Origin: Clostridia bacterium
GTDB taxonomy: Bacteria; Bacillota; Clostridia; Christensenellales; CAG-917
Length of the DNA: 64,000 nucleotides
Assembly: GCA_036654095.1 (NCBI GenBank)
Contig: JAVVSR010000001.1
Coordinates: forward strand, 159,987-223,986
Reading direction: 5' to 3'
Position 1 is the stretch's first letter, and every line of letters starts with the position of its first letter. The position numbers were made by a program, and so were the translations under genes. Shown in pieces: positions 21,567 through 31,844 of the stretch. Below the pieces are notes generated by a model, which saw nothing but the letters and a program-made list of their open reading frames with translations, ran no database searches and was not told where the DNA came from.

Positions 21567-21659
21567 ATTGTAATTTTCACTTGCATTTTAAAACTTTAAT
21601 ATTAGGTTTTTATGTATTTGCCAATAACCTCATTCATACAATATAGTCGGAGGATTTAT

Positions 21660-22043
21660 ATGGCGAAAATTAATAAAAATTTGTATTTAGATGTTTTAAG
21701 GTCGGTATTAATTTCAATAATAGTATCTTTTATCCTAATTCTTGCGTTTGCAATTATTGTAAAGTATGCAAATCTTGGCGAAAAAGTAATTAGCTATGTC
21801 AATGTTGCTATTAAAATTATCAGTATATTAACGGGTATTTTTATTGGTCTGAAAGAATGTAGCAACGGCCTTTTTAAAGGCGCTTTATCGGGATTGCTGT
21901 TTACATTGATGTCATTTTTGATTTTTGCCTTGTTAGATAAAGGCTTTACTAACGCGCATTTTACAATAATTGACATTATTATCGGCGCAGTTGTCGGGCT
22001 TATATCTGGAATTATTACGGTAAATGTGAAAAAATGCAATTAA
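21660..22043 (+). CDS. Small four-TM membrane protein (TIGR04086-like, commonly next to SCIFF loci)
   Basis: GGAGG at 21649-21653 followed by ATG at 21660. About 127 aa with four hydrophobic helices. The family assignment is from recollection only. Confidence 0.45.
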   Translation: MAKINKNLYLDVLRSVLISIIVSFILILAFAIIVKYANLGEKVISYVNVAIKIISILTGIFIGLKECSNGLFKGALSGLLFTLMSFLIFALLDKGFTNAHFTIIDIIIGAVVGLISGIITVNVKKCN

Positions 22044-22047
22044 AAGG

Positions 22048-22076
22048 TTGTCATATACTTAATAATAATATATAAT
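22048..22076 (+). promoter_or_regulatory. Sigma-A type promoter upstream of the SCIFF peptide gene
   Basis: TTGTCA (22048-22053), a 17-nt spacer, then TATAAT (22071-22076). GGAGGT at 22094-22099 precedes ATG 22104. Confidence 0.55.
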
Positions 22077-22103
22077 ATAGACACTACAATTTTGGAGGTA
22101 GGT

Positions 22104-22277
22104 ATGAAACACATTAATACTGTTGTTAAATCGTGCTTAGTTAAAGAAGGCAAAATAGGCTGTGGCGAATGTCAATCAAGTTGTCAATCGGCTTGCAAAA
22201 CTAGCTGTACTGTTGGCAATCAAAGTTGCGCGCAACGTGAAGAACGCGTGAACACTGTTAAAAAGGTAAATAACTAA
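22104..22277 (+). CDS. scfA: Six-cysteine peptide SCIFF (ranthipeptide precursor)
   Basis: MKHINTVVKSCLVKEGKIGCGECQSSCQSACKTSCTVGNQSC matches the SCIFF signature GCGECQ-SCQSACKTSCTV-NQ-C. It is followed by a 15-aa tail. Confidence 0.9.
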   Translation: MKHINTVVKSCLVKEGKIGCGECQSSCQSACKTSCTVGNQSCAQREERVNTVKKVNN

Positions 22278-22364
22278 CTAAGTTAGCATAAAAAAATGTC
22301 ATTTAGTTAATTATTTTTTATCAAATTTTCTAAATAGCGCACCGTATTTATATACGGATAAATA

Positions 22365-23714
22365 ATGATACACGCATTTTCTTTTAATCACAATAATAGC
22401 GAAAGTTATTTTATTTGGGACATAGAAAGCGGCAGTCTGCATACAGTGGACAAAGCTGCTTTTTTAGTTTGCAAAAAAAAGCTTGAAACACTAACCGAAG
22501 TCGAGGCTTTTGAACTGGCGAAAATACCTGAAACCGATGTTTTGGAGATTGAAAACGAGTTTTTGGAGCTTGAGTCGTTAGGTACATTAAACTCGCCCGA
22601 AAAACGTTATACTTTGAAAAATACAGGCGAAATCAAAGCATTATGTTTGCATATTTGTCACGATTGCAATTTGAAATGTAGCTACTGTTTTGCTAAAGAA
22701 GGCACATATAACACCGAAAGAGATTATATGTCGTTTGATGTTGGCAAACACGCTTTAGATTTTTTGTTTTCACATTCGGGCGAACGTCACAATTTAGAGG
22801 TTGATTTTTTCGGCGGCGAACCTTTGATGAACTTTGAGGTTGTCAAGCAACTTGTTTCGTATGCGAAGCAGACTGCTGAAAAACTTGGAAAACATATCAG
22901 CTTTACTATGACCACCAACGGCGTTTTACTTAATGACGAAGCCATTGCTTATCTTAATGCCGAAATGGACAATGTGGTAATTAGTATCGACGGTCGAAAG
23001 GAAATTCACGATAAGCTTCGCTTAACTCGAAATGATAAAGGTAGCTATGATATCGCTATGAAAAACGCCTTAAAATTTAGGGCAGTTCGTGGTGACAAAC
23101 GATATTATATTAGAGGTACTTTTACCGCTAATAATGTTGATTTTTCAAACGACGCTTTACATTTAAATGACTGCGGATTTGACCAAATTTCCCTTGAACC
23201 TGTTGTTTTACCCGACTCCTCGCCACTTGCTTTGACGCGGGAGCATTTGCCTGAAATTTTGAAGCAATATGATATATTGGCTGAGGAATATATTGCGCGC
23301 AGAAAGGGCGATAAATGGTTTAACTTTTTCCATTTTATGATTGACCTTGAAAATGGTCCCTGCGCGATAAAACGTTTAAACGGCTGTGGCGCTGGCAAAG
23401 AATATTTAGCCGTTACTCCTGTTGGTGAAATTTATCCGTGTCATCAATTTGTTGGAAGTAAGTACGTTATGGGCAACGTTTTGAGTGGCGAATTTAATCG
23501 CGAAATTCAACACGTTTTTGAAAATATCAATGTTTATAAAAAAGAAGATTGCTCGAAATGTATTGCTAAATATTATTGCAGTGGCGGTTGTTTGGCAAAT
23601 TCATATAACTTTAATGGCGATTTATTGAAGCCGTATAAACTTAGTTGCGAGATGATGCGCAAACGTTTAGAAAACAGTCTTGCTATTTATGCGCTCGAAA
23701 AACTAGGGTTATAA
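22365..23714 (+). CDS. scfB: SCIFF radical SAM maturase (thioether-forming, SPASM domain)
   Basis: 449 aa. Cx3Cx2C (CNLKCSYC), the GGEP motif and a C-terminal Cys-rich SPASM region (CGAG...PCHQF...CSKC...CSGGC). Lies directly downstream of scfA. Confidence 0.9.
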   Translation: MIHAFSFNHNNSESYFIWDIESGSLHTVDKAAFLVCKKKLETLTEVEAFELAKIPETDVLEIENEFLELESLGTLNSPEKRYTLKNTGEIKALCLHICHDCNLKCSYCFAKEGTYNTERDYMSFDVGKHALDFLFSHSGERHNLEVDFFGGEPLMNFEVVKQLVSYAKQTAEKLGKHISFTMTTNGVLLNDEAIAYLNAEMDNVVISIDGRKEIHDKLRLTRNDKGSYDIAMKNALKFRAVRGDKRYYIRGTFTANNVDFSNDALHLNDCGFDQISLEPVVLPDSSPLALTREHLPEILKQYDILAEEYIARRKGDKWFNFFHFMIDLENGPCAIKRLNGCGAGKEYLAVTPVGEIYPCHQFVGSKYVMGNVLSGEFNREIQHVFENINVYKKEDCSKCIAKYYCSGGCLANSYNFNGDLLKPYKLSCEMMRKRLENSLAIYALEKLGL

Positions 23715-23831
23715 TCTTTTTTTTAATATTATATGCAATTCTTATGCGTATTTAACTGTATTTATTTGACTATATTTTAATTTAACTATATAATAATTTA
23801 GTAACTTTTATTAAACCTAGGAGGCACTCAG

Positions 23832-25196
23832 GTGAACAAGAAAAAATCTTTAACGATTTTTATAATATTAAGCATTATGATTGTTGTTACCGCAGTGTTG
23901 GGGTTTGTGCAATTTCCGATTGGTCTGTATGACTATAACGGCTATGCGAAATCCATTAAGTTGGGGCTTGACTTGTCGGGCGGTGTTTCTGCCGTATTCG
24001 ACGTTAAGACTACCGACGAAGATGGCACCCCAATAGACAATGCAACGCTAAAAGCAAGTTTGGACGGCGTTGTTAGTAGTATGCAATCTTTGCTAATCAG
24101 TAAGGGTTATACCGAGGCATTTGTGACCTACGATATGACCGGCTCACCCACTTTAACTGTTGAAGTTCCTAACGTTGATGACCCCGAACGTGTTTTTGAC
24201 TTAATTGGTCGTCCAGCATCATTAAAGATTACAAAGGGCGGAGATGAAAAAACTGTTTATATCATTGGTAAAAAGCATTTAAAAGCTGTTGGTTTAACTC
24301 AGGACCCTGATTATCCTTCAAGTTATGCCGTTTCGCTTCAGTTTAACAAGGAAGGCACTGAATTGTTTGCTAAAGCTACCACTGAAAATAAGGGTGGTAC
24401 TGTTGATTTTTACATCAATACCGAAAAGTATATGTCAGTCAATGTAAATACTGTTATTTCAGACGGAAGGGCAGTTATTCAAAGTTCTAAGGGTGGTTAC
24501 AGCTATGAACAAGCTTATGAACTTGCCACAAGGTTGCAGGCGGGTACATTTGGAGTTGACCTAACTTCGCGTGAGCCTAACATCGTAAGCCCGACGCTTG
24601 GTGATAGCGCAATTCGTAATGGATTAATCGCAGGGTTGATTGGCTTAGTGTTGATTATGGTGTTTATGTTTGTTGTTTATAAAAACTTAGGGCTTATGGC
24701 TAATATCGCGCTTTTAATTTATGTTGAATTGCTTTTAATTTTGTGCGCAGTACTTCCGTGGGTTCAACTTACGTTGCCAGGTATTGCAGGCCTTGTGCTT
24801 GGTATAGGTATGGCTGTTGACGCTAATATTATTATTTTTGAACGTATTAAAGATGAATATCGCGACAGTGTCGGCTCGGGAGAACCCGATTTGTTTTCAA
24901 AGGCAATTCGTGGCTCTGACGGCAAAATTACCAATCAAGGTGGTATTATAGCGCGTGGTTTTAGAAAAGCTGCGGTTGCTGTTATTGACGCTAACATTAC
25001 AACAATCATTGGCGCGATTGTATTATGGATTTTTGGTGGACAGGCTGTCATTGGTTTCGCCATTACATTGCTTATCAGTATCTTGGTTTCAATGTTTACT
25101 GCGCTCATCGTTACTCGCGGACTTATTTACGCTCTCGTTGGCTTCAAAGGCAGCGATAATCCCGCACACTATAACTTGAAGAGGGAGGACAGATAA
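23832..25196 (+). CDS. secD: Protein translocase subunit SecD
   Basis: 454 aa with a GTG start after AGGAGG. An N-terminal TM helix and periplasmic domain precede a C-terminal six-TM bundle (GIAGLVLGIGMAVDANIIIFERIKDE). Confidence 0.9.
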   Translation: MNKKKSLTIFIILSIMIVVTAVLGFVQFPIGLYDYNGYAKSIKLGLDLSGGVSAVFDVKTTDEDGTPIDNATLKASLDGVVSSMQSLLISKGYTEAFVTYDMTGSPTLTVEVPNVDDPERVFDLIGRPASLKITKGGDEKTVYIIGKKHLKAVGLTQDPDYPSSYAVSLQFNKEGTELFAKATTENKGGTVDFYINTEKYMSVNVNTVISDGRAVIQSSKGGYSYEQAYELATRLQAGTFGVDLTSREPNIVSPTLGDSAIRNGLIAGLIGLVLIMVFMFVVYKNLGLMANIALLIYVELLLILCAVLPWVQLTLPGIAGLVLGIGMAVDANIIIFERIKDEYRDSVGSGEPDLFSKAIRGSDGKITNQGGIIARGFRKAAVAVIDANITTIIGAIVLWIFGGQAVIGFAITLLISILVSMFTALIVTRGLIYALVGFKGSDNPAHYNLKREDR

Positions 25197-26210
25197 ATGA
25201 TAGAAAAATTAAGAAAGTTGAATATATCATCGAAATGGCAGTTGTGGTATATTATTCCTATCGTTATCTTGCTGATTGCAGTTGTCGTGTTCATTACGGT
25301 GGGGCTTAAGTCTGATAAAATGATTAATGGTATCAATATTGGTATTGACTTTGAGGGTGGTACTCAAATGACTGTTAAATTAGGCGATGGCGCTCTTGGC
25401 GATAATTATGCTAAAAACGTTAAAATTATTACGGATATTGTCGAAAAGGGACGTGATAATGCTCCTAAAATAACATATGTTCAACGTATTTCAGAGGGCG
25501 GCATAAACTCAATTCGTATTAAATATAAAAACACCATTGATGATAGCGATGCAATGTTTAAAGTAAATGAAAGCATTTATGCGGATTTATATAAACAGTA
25601 TGGCAAAAACGTGACGGTTGATAGTGATTTTGTTACATTTAGAAGTACTAGCGCAACCGCTACTAAGGGTTTAATGAAAGATGCTATTCTCGCTTCGCTT
25701 ATCGCTATTGCGTTGATTATGGTTTATATTATTATTAGGTTTGAGCTGTATAGTGGTGTGTCGGCGGTGCTTGCTTTGCTTCACGACGTAATCATTATGA
25801 TTGCTCTCACGATTATTTTCCAAATTCAAATTAATAGTTCTTATGTTGCCGCGATAGTTACTATCATATCGTACTCAATTAACAACACTATCGTTGTATT
25901 TGACCGCGTACGCGAACGGAAACGTCTTTATGATAAGCGTTCAATGAATTATATTGAAATTGCCGACGATGCTATTGTTATGACATTGACACGTACTATG
26001 TTTACAAGCGCGACCACTGTTGTTATGGTTGTTTTACTATCAATTTTAGGTGTTCCGTCAATGAGGGAGTTTACGCTGCCAATTCTATTTGGTTTGGTTG
26101 CAGGTACGTTCTCCTCAATGTTCCTAGCCGCTCCTACGTGGGCAGCGATGAACAACTGGCTTATCAGATATCGCGCAAAGAAATACGCACAGTATAAGGC
26201 TGTAAAATAA
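25197..26210 (+). CDS. secF: Protein translocase subunit SecF
   Basis: 337 aa. GIDFEGGT, LLHDVIIMIAL and YSINNTIVVFDRVRE support the call. Directly abuts secD. Confidence 0.9.
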   Translation: MIEKLRKLNISSKWQLWYIIPIVILLIAVVVFITVGLKSDKMINGINIGIDFEGGTQMTVKLGDGALGDNYAKNVKIITDIVEKGRDNAPKITYVQRISEGGINSIRIKYKNTIDDSDAMFKVNESIYADLYKQYGKNVTVDSDFVTFRSTSATATKGLMKDAILASLIAIALIMVYIIIRFELYSGVSAVLALLHDVIIMIALTIIFQIQINSSYVAAIVTIISYSINNTIVVFDRVRERKRLYDKRSMNYIEIADDAIVMTLTRTMFTSATTVVMVVLLSILGVPSMREFTLPILFGLVAGTFSSMFLAAPTWAAMNNWLIRYRAKKYAQYKAVK

Positions 26211-26218
26211 GTATGTAT

Positions 26219-26253
26219 CCCTCTGTTTTTTATTAAAACAGAGGGGTTTTTTT
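26219..26253 (+). terminator. Rho-independent terminator after secF
   Basis: CCCTCTGTTT paired with AAACAGAGGG (10 bp), followed by a 7-nt T-run. Confidence 0.8.
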
Positions 26254-26283
26254 ATACAAATATATTAAATTAAAGGTGATTTA

Positions 26284-28623
26284 GTGTCAGTAAACTTTGT
26301 AAATAGATGTGAATTTGACAATAAAATAGTGGCGGATATCGCTGATAAAATCAGCGTTCCATTGGACATTGCCAAATTACTTGTTATGCGCGGAGTTACA
26401 GATGTTAAATCGGCAAATGAATTTTTAAATCCGTCAAAGGATAATATGTCAAATCCATTTGATATTGCTGGCATGCGCGAAGCTAAGGAACGTATTGAAA
26501 AAGCCATTAAATATGACGAAAAAGTTGTCATTTATGGCGATTATGATTGTGATGGCATTTGCGCAATATCTATTTTGTATTCATATCTTAAAAAATATAT
26601 TTCTCGTTTAAATTATTTTGTTCCAAATAGAAAGGGCGAAGGTTACGGCCTACACAATATTGTTATTGATGACCTAGCAGATATTTACAGTCCCGACCTA
26701 TTAATTACAGTTGACTGTGGCATTACGTCGTTTTCGGAAGTTGAATATATTAAAAAATTAGGTATTGATGTTATTGTAACCGACCATCACGAACCTCAAT
26801 TAGATATTCCAAACTGCATTGTAGTAAATCCTAAAGTGCAAAAAATCGGGTTCTATGATTTTTGTGGAGCAGGTGTTGTATTTAAATTAGTTGAAGCGTT
26901 ATCGGGTCGCGAAAATGCTTTGCAATACATTGAAATTGTCGCGTTGGCTACCATTGCCGATATTGTGCCGCTTTTGGGTGAAAATCGTATTATTGCAAAA
27001 TTGGGGCTTGATAAAGTAAATACATCGCCGTCGGTGTCAATTAAGATATTAAGAAAGCGTATTAATGTTGAATGTTTTACCGCGTACGATATTATGTTTA
27101 AGGTAGCGCCACGTTTGAACGCAGCAGGGAGAATGGGCGATGCAACTCGCACAGTGGATTTGTTTATTAGCGACGATGAAAAACTAATTAATTCGATTTT
27201 AGATGATATTGAAATTGACAATCAAAATCGAAAAAAACTTTCAGAAGACACCTTAAATCATATATTAAAAAAACTTAAAAACTATGACCTAGCTCAAAAT
27301 AAAATTATTATTATGTACGATAAAAATTGGGATACGGGTATTTTAGGCATTGTTGCATCGCGAATTGCCGAAATGTTTTATCGTCCTGTTGTGTTATTTA
27401 ATGAAAATAATGGCGTACTAAGAGGTTCTGCTCGTAGTATTCGCGGAATAAATATTTTTGATTGTTTAAGCAATTCGTCTAAATTTTTTGATGGTTTTGG
27501 CGGTCACTCGTCGGCAGCTGGTATTACAATGAAAACCGAAAATTTTGATGCTTTTGTGCAAAGCGTAAACGAGTATGTTTTAGATAAGTTTTCAAATGAA
27601 TTGTTTTATCCAAATGTCTATTTCGATTTGATTTTAAACGAAAATAATTGTACTTTAGATTTTGTTAAGTTGTTGGATAAATTTGAACCGACTGGTTATT
27701 TAAATCCTCAGCCCACATTTTTATGCAAAAATAAAGGGTATGTTTTTGCTCAAATTGGCAAAACAAATCATATTAAATATAAATGTGGTGACCTTGAATT
27801 TTTAGGGTTTAATATGTTAGCTATAATTGATAGTGTTAATTCGTTATGTAGTTTTACCGTTACTATGAGCGCAAAAACTTATATGAACCGCGCGTTTATA
27901 CAAGGTATTATGCATTATGTTAGTATAAATGAAGTTAAAAATGTTGATGATGAATTAATTTGCACTAAATATATTGAACAAAGTTTAATTGAAAAATGTG
28001 AGCTTTCTAGGGAAGTTCTGCCTTATATTGAAAGTGAATTTGATAATAAAAATTGTTTATATGGCAATTTATTTATAGCGTTTAGTTTTGAAAGCTTTGA
28101 TAATTTTTATAAAAAAGCAAAAGAACAAGGTTGGAATATATTTCAAAGCGTCGCGCGAGGGACGACAGTTAATCCGTTAAATAGGCTCATATTAATGCCT
28201 GAATTAAATTACGATATGAGCTATTATAAAAATATTATTCTACTAGATAAACCTTTAAACAATAATTATATTGCTTTTTTACAAAAAAAATACATAGCAA
28301 ATATATATCTATTTAATGGAAAAAGTGTTAATATTAATAATATACGAAAGTATAGATGTGTGTCGGATGACGAGTATCGCGAAATTTATAAAGCTTTACA
28401 CGCGGAACTTAATTTAAATGTCCTTAACCTAAAAGATATTACAAATAAATTAAAAACTAACGGACATAATAATTTTAGTCTTTTTAAAATAGCTTCAACA
28501 ATATATATTATGATTGAACTGGGTATTGCTAATATTAATAATAACTTTGAACTTCACTTTCAAGATAGCGTTAAAAATCTATTAAAAAATTCGTCATTAT
28601 ACAATACGATAAAGGAGATATAA
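26284..28623 (+). CDS. recJ: Single-stranded-DNA-specific exonuclease RecJ
   Basis: 779 aa with a GTG start. DHH motifs (YGDYDCDGI, TVDCGITS, VIVTDHH), DHHA1 (GGHSSAAG) and a long AT-rich-encoded C-terminal region. Confidence 0.9.
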   Translation: MSVNFVNRCEFDNKIVADIADKISVPLDIAKLLVMRGVTDVKSANEFLNPSKDNMSNPFDIAGMREAKERIEKAIKYDEKVVIYGDYDCDGICAISILYSYLKKYISRLNYFVPNRKGEGYGLHNIVIDDLADIYSPDLLITVDCGITSFSEVEYIKKLGIDVIVTDHHEPQLDIPNCIVVNPKVQKIGFYDFCGAGVVFKLVEALSGRENALQYIEIVALATIADIVPLLGENRIIAKLGLDKVNTSPSVSIKILRKRINVECFTAYDIMFKVAPRLNAAGRMGDATRTVDLFISDDEKLINSILDDIEIDNQNRKKLSEDTLNHILKKLKNYDLAQNKIIIMYDKNWDTGILGIVASRIAEMFYRPVVLFNENNGVLRGSARSIRGINIFDCLSNSSKFFDGFGGHSSAAGITMKTENFDAFVQSVNEYVLDKFSNELFYPNVYFDLILNENNCTLDFVKLLDKFEPTGYLNPQPTFLCKNKGYVFAQIGKTNHIKYKCGDLEFLGFNMLAIIDSVNSLCSFTVTMSAKTYMNRAFIQGIMHYVSINEVKNVDDELICTKYIEQSLIEKCELSREVLPYIESEFDNKNCLYGNLFIAFSFESFDNFYKKAKEQGWNIFQSVARGTTVNPLNRLILMPELNYDMSYYKNIILLDKPLNNNYIAFLQKKYIANIYLFNGKSVNINNIRKYRCVSDDEYREIYKALHAELNLNVLNLKDITNKLKTNGHNNFSLFKIASTIYIMIELGIANINNNFELHFQDSVKNLLKNSSLYNTIKEI

Positions 28624-28629
28624 CAAGAT

Positions 28630-30768
28630 ATGGATGCTTTACTTCAAAAACTTAAACAACATTTTTCTGACGCTGAGTATCTTGTTTTAGAAAAGGCATA
28701 CTCATTTGCGGAAAAGGCTCACGATGGACAAAAACGCAAAACTGGGCAACCTTATTTTATACATCCGTGTGTTGTAGTTGATATTTTAGTCGATTTGGGC
28801 TGCGATGTTCCCACTTTAGTCGCAGGTTTTTTGCACGATGTTATTGAAGACACTACCGTGACTAGTGATGATATTAAACGTGAATTTGGCAATGAAGTTT
28901 TAGAACTAGTCGAGGGCGTAACTAAATTAGATAAACTTAAATTCGTTTCGCAAGAAGATGAACAAGCTGAAAATTTGCGTAAAATGTTTTTTGCTATGGC
29001 TAAAGATTATCGTGTCATCATAATTAAACTTGCCGACCGCTTGCACAATATGCGCACACTTGATGCGGTAAAGCCAAATAGGCAAAAAGAAATTTCGCAC
29101 GAAACATTGCATATATATGCTCCGCTTGCCGGACGGCTTGGCTTGTCGTATGTTAAATGTGAACTTGAAGATTTATGTATGCGTTATTTATTTCCCGAAG
29201 ACTATTTTGCTTTAGTTGAATTTGTGAAAGCTAAGTCAAACGAAAGACAGGTTTTTATTGACCAAATTTGCAAAGAAATTAAGGATAAGCTTGACGAATT
29301 GGGCATTAAAGGCGAAGTAAATGGCCGACAAAAGCACTTGTACAGCATCTATAAAAAGATGATAAAACAAGAAAAAACTATTGACCAAATTTATGATATT
29401 ACAGCAGTTCGTGTTATTGTCGAAAACGTTAAAGATTGCTACACCGTTTTAGGTACAATTCATACTATGTGGATGCCTATTCCCGGAAGGTTTAAGGATT
29501 ATATTGCAATGCCAAAGCCGAACAATTATCAATCCTTGCACACTTCCGTTATCACTAAATTTAAAGAAACTTTTGAAATACAAATTAGAACTTACGAAAT
29601 GCACCACGTGGCTGAGTATGGTATTGCGGCGCACTGGAAATATAAAGAGGGTAAGTCTAAAAATTCCGCGATTGATGATAAAATTAATTGGCTACGTGAA
29701 GTTATTGACACGCAGGGCGAACTTAAAGACAGCCACGAGTTTATGGAAAGTTTGACAGGCAATGTTTTTACCGAGGAAGTTTATGTTTTTACGCCAAAAG
29801 GCGATGTTATGAATTTGCCCGACGGTTCTACTCCTGTTGACTTTGCCTATTCTGTTCATAGCGCGGTTGGAAACAAGTGCATTGGCGCAAAGGTAAATAA
29901 AAAAATTGTTCCGCTTAATACTGTTCTTAAGACTGGCGATATTATTGAAATTTTGACTTCAAATTCCGCGCACGGGCCTAGTCGTGATTGGCTAAAATTT
30001 GTTAAAACCGCTTCTGCTCGCAGTAAAATTAGGCAGTATTTTAAGCGCGAGATGAAAGATGAGAATATTAAGCGCGGACACGAAATGCTTGAGCGCGAAG
30101 CTAAGCGTCGCGGATATAATTTAAGCGAGCTTTTAACCGCAAATTGTTTGGATTATGTTATGAGTCGTTATTCAATTACATCGCTTGATGATTTGTACGC
30201 CGCGGTTGGCTATGGAGGTTTTACTACAAACCAAATTTTAATTAAACTTATAGACTTCTTTAAACGTTCGTTGTTAGCAAGTAATCCTATCGCTGAAATA
30301 AAATCACAATCAACAACGTCGAAAAAATCTAATGGAAACGGCATTCTTATTCGCGGATATGACGATTTTTTAGTAAGGCTGTCACATTGTTGCAATCCAG
30401 TTCCAGGTGACAAAATTGTTGGCTATGTTTCGCGCGGACGCGGAGTTTCTGTACATTGCGTAGATTGTCCTAATGTTAGAAATATGGAAGAAGAACGCCT
30501 TATCGAAGCAAAATGGGATGATGTTATTAATCAAAGCTTTTTAGCAACTTTAAAAATCGCTTGTGAAAATAAGGGCGGTATACTTGCCGAAATAACAGCA
30601 GTTATATCAAATTTGCATATACCAATTACTGCGGCATTTGCCAAGGTTGACAATGCTTCCGGCACGGCAGATATTCAGGTTACCATTGAAATTAAAGGTA
30701 CAACAGCATTGGACGAAGTCATAAGAAAGCTTCAATCTATAAAATCAATTATAGATATTCATCGTTAA
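28630..30768 (+). CDS. relA: Bifunctional (p)ppGpp synthetase/hydrolase (RelA/SpoT homologue)
   Basis: 712 aa. An HD hydrolase domain (FLHDVIEDT), a synthetase domain (GRQKHLYSIYKKM...RVIV), then TGS and ACT-like C-terminal domains. Confidence 0.95.
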   Translation: MDALLQKLKQHFSDAEYLVLEKAYSFAEKAHDGQKRKTGQPYFIHPCVVVDILVDLGCDVPTLVAGFLHDVIEDTTVTSDDIKREFGNEVLELVEGVTKLDKLKFVSQEDEQAENLRKMFFAMAKDYRVIIIKLADRLHNMRTLDAVKPNRQKEISHETLHIYAPLAGRLGLSYVKCELEDLCMRYLFPEDYFALVEFVKAKSNERQVFIDQICKEIKDKLDELGIKGEVNGRQKHLYSIYKKMIKQEKTIDQIYDITAVRVIVENVKDCYTVLGTIHTMWMPIPGRFKDYIAMPKPNNYQSLHTSVITKFKETFEIQIRTYEMHHVAEYGIAAHWKYKEGKSKNSAIDDKINWLREVIDTQGELKDSHEFMESLTGNVFTEEVYVFTPKGDVMNLPDGSTPVDFAYSVHSAVGNKCIGAKVNKKIVPLNTVLKTGDIIEILTSNSAHGPSRDWLKFVKTASARSKIRQYFKREMKDENIKRGHEMLEREAKRRGYNLSELLTANCLDYVMSRYSITSLDDLYAAVGYGGFTTNQILIKLIDFFKRSLLASNPIAEIKSQSTTSKKSNGNGILIRGYDDFLVRLSHCCNPVPGDKIVGYVSRGRGVSVHCVDCPNVRNMEEERLIEAKWDDVINQSFLATLKIACENKGGILAEITAVISNLHIPITAAFAKVDNASGTADIQVTIEIKGTTALDEVIRKLQSIKSIIDIHR

Positions 30769-30769
30769 T

Positions 30770-31213
30770 ATGAAATGTATCGTTCAAAGAGTAACGCGCG
30801 GCTGCGTTTCAATAAATGGCGTTTTTTCGGGAGAAATTGAACTTGGATTAGTTGTTTTTGTTGCTTACACTAGTACCGATAATGAAAAATGCGTTGATTT
30901 TTGCGTTGACAAGATAGTTAATTTACGTATTTTTAGCGATAATGATGGAAAATTAAATAAAAGCGTTTTAGAAATTGGCGGAAGCGTTTTGTTGGTTTCT
31001 AATTTTACCGTTTATGGAAATACAGCAAAGGGAAGGCGTCCTGATTTTATCAAATCGGCGTCGTCAGAGATTTCAAAGCCAATGTATGATATTACGGTTA
31101 ATAAATTTAAAAGTATTTTGCCTTTGGTTACAGGGGAATTTGGACAAGATATGCAAGTTACATTTACAAACGACGGCCCTGTTACTGTAATTGTGGAGAA
31201 AGAAAATGTCTGA
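30770..31213 (+). CDS. dtd: D-aminoacyl-tRNA deacylase
   Basis: 147 aa. MKCIVQRV..., LLVSNFTVYG and NDGPVT support the call. It follows relA as in many Firmicutes. Confidence 0.9.
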   Translation: MKCIVQRVTRGCVSINGVFSGEIELGLVVFVAYTSTDNEKCVDFCVDKIVNLRIFSDNDGKLNKSVLEIGGSVLLVSNFTVYGNTAKGRRPDFIKSASSEISKPMYDITVNKFKSILPLVTGEFGQDMQVTFTNDGPVTVIVEKENV

Positions 31214-31844
31214 TATAAAAGTTGTGCGAATTATCGCTGGCGAACTTGAAACAAATACATACATTTGCGCGAAAGGTGATAGATGTTTTTTGGTTGACCC
31301 AACGGGAGATGTTGCAAAATTAAATAAAAAAATTGCCGATGAAGGCTTGCAAATTGACGGAGTTTTACTAACTCACGGTCATTTTGACCATTGCATGTTG
31401 GCCAAATATTTTCAAAATTTAGGTATTAAAATTTATATACATACGCTTGATGCCGATAAATTATATTCGGATAAAAACTTAGCGTCTATGTGTGGTGTTA
31501 GTTTCCAATCGCTTAATGCTGATGTTTTATTAAATGATGGAGATGTTTTAAACATTGCAAATATTGAAGTAAAAGTTATGCTAACTCAAGGTCATTCGGT
31601 CGGAAGCGTTTGCTATGTGGTTGATGAGGGAAATTGTATTTTTGTAGGCGACTTATTGTTTAAACTTAGTTATGGCCGCACTGATTTTTTTGATGGTAAT
31701 TTTAATGCGCTTGCAGAAAGTTGCAGGCGGATTTTTTCATTAAGTAAAAATTATATTTTATATACAGGTCACGGTGATATCACAAAACTTGAATATGAAC
31801 GCAAATGTAATATTATAAATGTTGACGCTCGAGGTGTTTTATGA
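31206..31844 (+). CDS. MBL-fold metallo-hydrolase
   Basis: About 212 aa. LTHGHFDH (the HxHxDH motif), later GH and HG ligands. The start is set at ATG 31206, overlapping the dtd stop. Confidence 0.8.
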   Translation: MSDIKVVRIIAGELETNTYICAKGDRCFLVDPTGDVAKLNKKIADEGLQIDGVLLTHGHFDHCMLAKYFQNLGIKIYIHTLDADKLYSDKNLASMCGVSFQSLNADVLLNDGDVLNIANIEVKVMLTQGHSVGSVCYVVDEGNCIFVGDLLFKLSYGRTDFFDGNFNALAESCRRIFSLSKNYILYTGHGDITKLEYERKCNIINVDARGVL

